Source of the DNA: Oscillospiraceae bacterium
GTDB taxonomy: Bacteria; Bacillota; Clostridia; Oscillospirales; Ruminococcaceae
Length of the DNA stretch: 64,000 nt
Assembly (NCBI GenBank): GCA_031266415.1
Contig: JAISBB010000001.1
Coordinates: 221,556 to 285,555 of the forward strand
Reading direction: 5' to 3'
How positions within the stretch are numbered: the stretch's first letter is position 1; the number at the start of each line of letters is the position of its first letter. The notes beneath the pieces are model-generated. The model saw only the letters and a program-made list of their open reading frames with translations. It was not told the DNA's origin and did not search any database. Shown here in pieces: positions 60,248-64,000 of the stretch. Position numbers and translations under genes: made by a program.

Positions 60248-60275
60248 TTCACCCCCTTCGTTACTAAAATTACGT

Positions 60276-61253
60276 TCAATAATCTGATGAAACAGGCTCT
60301 TCCCAATGAAGCCGCCTTATCACATCTGCAAACAATGCAGCCGTTGAAAGCACTTTTATTTTATCTATTTTTTTCTCTTTTACAAGCGGAATCGTATCCA
60401 AAAGAACCAGCTCTTTCATGGGACTTTCCTTAATAATTTCAATCGCGTCACCAGAAAGAATCCCATGAGTTGCACACGCATAAACATCTTTCGCGCCACC
60501 TATTTTTTTCAAAGCAGAAACAGCATTGCAAAGTGTCCCTGCCGTATCAATCATATCATCTAAAATTATAACACTTTTGTCTTGCACATTGCCAATTATG
60601 TTTAATACTTCACACATATTGGCTTTAGGGCGACGCTTATCTACAATTGCCATTAGAACATCCATTTTTGCTGCAAACACGCGTGTGCGCGTTACAGACC
60701 CAACATCAGGAGAAACTATTACCAAATCTTCCTTTTTGCCGTTAAATTTCTCTGAAAAATATTTAAAAAACATGGGGGCACCAATAAGGTGGTCCACTGG
60801 GATATTGAAAAATCCTTGTATCTGAAGTGCATGCAAATCCATTGTGAGAACCCTATTTGCCCCAGCAGAAGTTAAAACATCCGCAATAAGTTTCGCAGAA
60901 ATTGGATCTCGTGGTTTTGCTTTGCGGTCTTGCCTTGCATAACCGAAATACGGCATCACAGCTGTTATTCGACCAGCAGAAGCACGCCTGCAAGCATCTA
61001 TCATAATTAATAGTTCCATTAGATTGTCGTTCACGGGGAAGCAAGTTGACTGAACTAAAAAAACATCAACCCCTCTAACAGTTTCTGCAAGCGAAACTTT
61101 AATTTCGCCATCTGAAAATTTAGCAACTTCCATTTGGCCAACAGGGACTTCAAGCACGTTCGCAATCTCCAAAGACATATCTTTACTAGCACTTCCCGAA
61201 AATATTTTAAACCCATTCTCCGTGAATCTCAAAAACCACACCATCCTCGCCAA
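60276..61253 (-). CDS. prs: Ribose-phosphate pyrophosphokinase
   Basis: KIFSGSA...L...IA..L......V..FSDGEI.V...E.VRG.DVF.VQS and the PRPP-binding loop IILDDMIDTAGT. Confidence 0.95.
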   Translation of the reverse strand: MARMVWFLRFTENGFKIFSGSASKDMSLEIANVLEVPVGQMEVAKFSDGEIKVSLAETVRGVDVFLVQSTCFPVNDNLMELLIMIDACRRASAGRITAVMPYFGYARQDRKAKPRDPISAKLIADVLTSAGANRVLTMDLHALQIQGFFNIPVDHLIGAPMFFKYFSEKFNGKKEDLVIVSPDVGSVTRTRVFAAKMDVLMAIVDKRRPKANMCEVLNIIGNVQDKSVIILDDMIDTAGTLCNAVSALKKIGGAKDVYACATHGILSGDAIEIIKESPMKELVLLDTIPLVKEKKIDKIKVLSTAALFADVIRRLHWEEPVSSDY

Positions 61254-61524
61254 AAATCAAGGCAAAAGCCCATTTGCATGATATCATTCCCCAGAATATC
61301 TGTCAATTATTTTCATAAATTCAAAATCATATTCACGTTTTTTCTTCCATCAATATTGCAAACCCCCTTAATGTTAGTTGTAATTTCAAATAAATAGCAT
61401 AATAAAAACGAAAAAACTTGCCTAAAGTTTTTTTTTATGATAAAATGAAAGCAGGGTGTGCGTTTTCTTTATATTTAAGCGCAAAACTCGAAATTTAATT
61501 CATGTGTATTTGGGGGGTTATTTC

Positions 61525-61797
61525 ATGACACGGCAAGATGTAATAGATGCACTTGCAGCCAAAACCGGATTAACCAAGAAAGACTCAACTGCTTTTTTAT
61601 CTACCTTTTTTGAAATTATTGGAGAAAAGTTGGCAGCGGGTGACAAAATATCTTTTACCGGATTTGGAACATTTGAAGTTCGGGAGCGTGCCGCTAGAGA
61701 TGGTGTTAATCCCAGAACAGGCGAACAAATATCAATTCCGGCTTCAAGATATGCAGCATTTAAGGCTGGCAAAGTATTAAAAGAGACAGTTAACTAA
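61525..61797 (+). CDS. hup: DNA-binding protein HU
   Basis: MTRQDVIDALAAKTGLTKKD...GFGTFEVRERAARDGVNPRTGEQISIPASRYAAFKAGK. The ATG at 61525 follows a G-rich RBS. Confidence 0.95.
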   Translation: MTRQDVIDALAAKTGLTKKDSTAFLSTFFEIIGEKLAAGDKISFTGFGTFEVRERAARDGVNPRTGEQISIPASRYAAFKAGKVLKETVN

Positions 61798-61828
61798 AAA
61801 GTCTCTAAATAAAAGCAGAAAATAGTCT

Positions 61829-61860
61829 TCCAATCTCCTTCGATTGGAGGGCTGTTTATT
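61829..61860 (+). terminator. Possible terminator of hup
   Basis: 7-bp stem TCCAATC / GATTGGA, then GGGCTGTTTATTTT. The T-run is not immediately adjacent. Confidence 0.35.
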
Positions 61861-61867
61861 TTAATTT

Positions 61868-62485
61868 TTGGTAAATGGAGTGGTCACGTTGATATACAAT
61901 TTTTTCGCTATGATGTTTAGAATGCGTTACATTAATCGCTGGGGTCTTTTTCGAAACACCTGTTTCGAAAATATCTGCGAACATGGTTTAGACGTGGCTA
62001 TTCTTGCGCATGCGTTGGCTGTAATTAAAAATAAAAGGTGCGGAGGCTCTGTAAACCCAGAACATGCAGCACTAATTGGCATTTACCATGACGCAGCAGA
62101 AATCTTTACAGGGGACCTTCCAACCACAATAAAATATATAAACTCTGAAATATGCAAAGAATATAAAAAAATAGAGAAACTGGCTTCTAAAAAACTGTTG
62201 GAGATGTTGCCAGCAGATATAAAACCGGAATATGAAAACATTTTTGAACCAACAGACTCCGAAATTATAAAAATTGTTAAAGGTGCAGACAAACTGGCCG
62301 CATTAATTAAATGCATAGAAGAAAACAAAGTCGCGAATTCGGAATTTGCAAATTTTGAAAAAGGGATTTTAGAAGAATTAAAAAATCTAAATTGCCCCGA
62401 AATAAACATTTTTTTAGAAGAATTCTTGCCAGCATACAGATTATCACTCGGCGACCCCAATTTTGTGGGAGATTTAACAATATAA
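61868..62485 (+). CDS. HD-domain 5'-deoxynucleotidase (YfbR-like)
   Basis: RY.NRW......E.ICEHGLDVAILAHALA and IYHDAAEIFTGDLPT.IKY contain the HD metal ligands. Confidence 0.75.
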   Translation: MVNGVVTLIYNFFAMMFRMRYINRWGLFRNTCFENICEHGLDVAILAHALAVIKNKRCGGSVNPEHAALIGIYHDAAEIFTGDLPTTIKYINSEICKEYKKIEKLASKKLLEMLPADIKPEYENIFEPTDSEIIKIVKGADKLAALIKCIEENKVANSEFANFEKGILEELKNLNCPEINIFLEEFLPAYRLSLGDPNFVGDLTI

Positions 62486-62535
62486 AATGCACTACAGAAT
62501 CTTAAAAATCCGCACAAACAGGAGAACCACATCTT

Positions 62536-62871
62536 ATGAAAGTGGCAATAATTGGGTCTCGAAACATAAAACTACAGTTAGAAGTAATTGGCCAACATCT
62601 ACCAAAAGAATGCATTGAAATTATTAGCGGCGGCTCACGTGGAGTTGACTCTGCTGCTTACCTGTTTTCAAAGTCGCGCCGGATTCCATTTCGATGTTTT
62701 TTGCCAGACTACCACACATTTGGACAAATGGCACCACTTGTGCGAAATCAACAAATAATTAAAGCGGCAGATTTTGTGCTGGCTTTTTGGAACGGATATT
62801 CTAAAGGGACACAATTTGTAATAAAAAAGTGCACGCAAGAGTTAAAATCATTTAAGGTGATAAGATGCTGA
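62536..62871 (+). CDS. SLOG-superfamily protein (DUF2493-like)
   Basis: MKVAIIGSR......I..........IISGGSRGVDSAA...........F.PDY...G..A...RNQ.I...ADFVLAFWNG.SKGT matches the DUF2493 pattern. The stop overlaps the tadA ATG (AGATGCTGA). Confidence 0.6.
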   Translation: MKVAIIGSRNIKLQLEVIGQHLPKECIEIISGGSRGVDSAAYLFSKSRRIPFRCFLPDYHTFGQMAPLVRNQQIIKAADFVLAFWNGYSKGTQFVIKKCTQELKSFKVIRC

Positions 62872-63347
62872 CAAGTAACGATATTCTTATGAGATTTGCC
62901 ATTGCAGAAGCAAGAAAAGCTGCAGCCCAAAACGAAGTCCCGGTTGGTGCTGTAGTTGTAAAAGATAATAAAATTATAAGTAAAGGCTATAATTCTCGTG
63001 AACAGACTCAAAATGCAATTGCACATGCAGAAATATTGGCAATTAAAGCCGCGTGTAAAAATTTGGGTTCTTGGCGGCTATCAGGCTGCACTCTTTATGT
63101 TACACTAGAGCCCTGCCTTATGTGCATTGGTGCAGCAATTAATGCGCGGCTGCCTGAAATTATTTTTGGGTGCTTTGCTCCAGCAAACCTGCCACACAAA
63201 ATCAACTTAAAAATCAAGGGCGGCGTTTTAGAACGTGAATGTGCCGACTTGCTCATCGGGTTCTTTGAAAAAAAACGCCTGCTTAAAAAAGAAGAAAAAA
63301 CACTATGCAATGGGAGCAATTTCTGTCCCCGGGAAAAAATGCTCTAA
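62865..63347 (+). CDS. tadA: tRNA-specific adenosine deaminase TadA
   Basis: EVPVGAVVV......I..GYN, the zinc motifs HAEILAI and TLEPCLMCIGA, and about 160 aa. Confidence 0.9.
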   Translation: MLTSNDILMRFAIAEARKAAAQNEVPVGAVVVKDNKIISKGYNSREQTQNAIAHAEILAIKAACKNLGSWRLSGCTLYVTLEPCLMCIGAAINARLPEIIFGCFAPANLPHKINLKIKGGVLERECADLLIGFFEKKRLLKKEEKTLCNGSNFCPREKML

Positions 63348-64000
63348 AATCATTTCAAAGTCCCAACCATCTATCTCTGCGTAAAATTTCGCACCCCACT
63401 GACTAAGCCCAACACCGTGCCCACAGCCAAATGAAACAAATTTAAATAAATCTCTGTCTTCGTTATAATACACTTCGAACTTAGAAGAGCCTATTTCTGG
63501 CAACACCATTTGCCGAATTAGGCTCCCTGTGATTTTTTTAAATCCTTTCAAAAACGGAACATAGCACATTTCATGCCCGGCAATAATCATATGCTTGTTA
63601 TAACCACCTTTTGTTCTGTTAATAACTCTAAACCATTTTTTTACAGGAACTGAATTTTTTTCCAGGTTAATCCCCATTCCATTTTGAAATCGTTCTTTCA
63701 ATTGCTTGCGCGTGAAAACTTTGGTTTGTTTATAGTTAGGTGCCAATTTATCATGTGGGCTTTCCACACTAACAAGATACGGCGATTTATGCCAAATATC
63801 TTCTGAGCTGTTGGTTCTTCCCGCGGAGCAACTATGGTAAAGTGTTCCCGCAATTTCTCCGTTGAAAAAAACACCCAAATGCATCACTTGTTTAACAATT
63901 TCTTTAACTCTTTCACTCGGTGGTTTCATAAAAACACTTGGAGACTCTCCCTTTTTATTTTTAAAAAGCAAATAACTGTGGGAAACTAAAGTCTGCGCTT
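63303..64000 (-). CDS. spoIID: SpoIID/LytB-domain protein, 3' part (gene continues past the window end)
   Basis: The frame stays open to nt 64000 (..AQTLVSHSYLL.. upstream of the tracked TTG). Motifs include YHSCSAGRT and the C-terminal GCGHGVGLSQWGA..YAE.G....ILEHFFPGTEI. Confidence 0.85.
   Translation of the reverse strand, partial: AQTLVSHSYLLFKNKKGESPSVFMKPPSERVKEIVKQVMHLGVFFNGEIAGTLYHSCSAGRTNSSEDIWHKSPYLVSVESPHDKLAPNYKQTKVFTRKQLKERFQNGMGINLEKNSVPVKKWFRVINRTKGGYNKHMIIAGHEMCYVPFLKGFKKITGSLIRQMVLPEIGSSKFEVYYNEDRDLFKFVSFGCGHGVGLSQWGAKFYAEIDGWDFEMILEHFFPGTEIAPIA

Overview
AT-rich chromosomal segment that looks Firmicutes/Clostridia-like: it carries sporulation genes ytfJ and spoIID, the rpmG-secE-nusG-rplK-rplA order, and a fla-type flagellar operon. 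Contents from left to right:

- **1-621:** the 3' part of a G+C-rich NlpC/P60-like gene.
- **901-4486:** tRNA-Ile, tRNA-Ala, 23S, 5S and tRNA-Lys, with no 16S in the 900 nt upstream.
- **4493-6957:** BspA-type LRR surface-protein paralogues, one intact and one multiply frameshifted, around tRNA-Asn and tRNA-fMet.
- **7256-9815:** small housekeeping genes: mpg, a nucleotidyltransferase, a frameshifted PHP phosphatase and a GNAT.
- **10453-12370:** a tRNA-Leu whose anticodon reads AAG, followed by proS.
- **12504-21733 (minus strand):** ribosomal and housekeeping genes: tRNA-Arg, rplA, rplK, nusG, secE, rpmG, mutL, trkA, rluB-like, ytfJ, trmD, rimM, mtaB.
- **21827-42684 (minus strand):** a ~21 kb flagellar operon: flgB-flgC-fliE-fliF-G-H-I-J-K-flgD-[flgE position]-fliM-fliY-fliO-P-Q-R-flhB-flhA-fliA, then two rod-like genes.
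- **43427-64000:** a stand-alone 90-aa peptide gene, Zn-ribbon protein, nrdD, P-type ATPase, macro-domain protein, CAP-domain protein, MobV relaxase plus ACP next to tRNA-Glu/Met, FtsX-type ABC transporter, holA, PBP1A, corA, prs, hup, HD nucleotidase, SLOG/DUF2493 protein, tadA and partial spoIID.

Most unusual observations:

1. The ORF in the flgE position is about 60% G+C, contains cysteines, is recognisable as an axial protein only at its termini, and is bracketed by spacers. The other axial genes (flgB, flgC, fliE, rod paralogues) are also very divergent, while the export apparatus is canonical.
2. FliM lacks the CheY-docking peptide, and the operon has no che, flhF/G, fliL or mot genes.
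3. A promoter- and terminator-delimited 90-aa Cys-free peptide has a double-glycine-type leader and lies just upstream of the operon.
4. The tRNA-Leu carries A34.
5. The 23S-5S unit has no adjacent 16S.

All calls come from reading the sequence and the ORF track by eye. No database searches were run.
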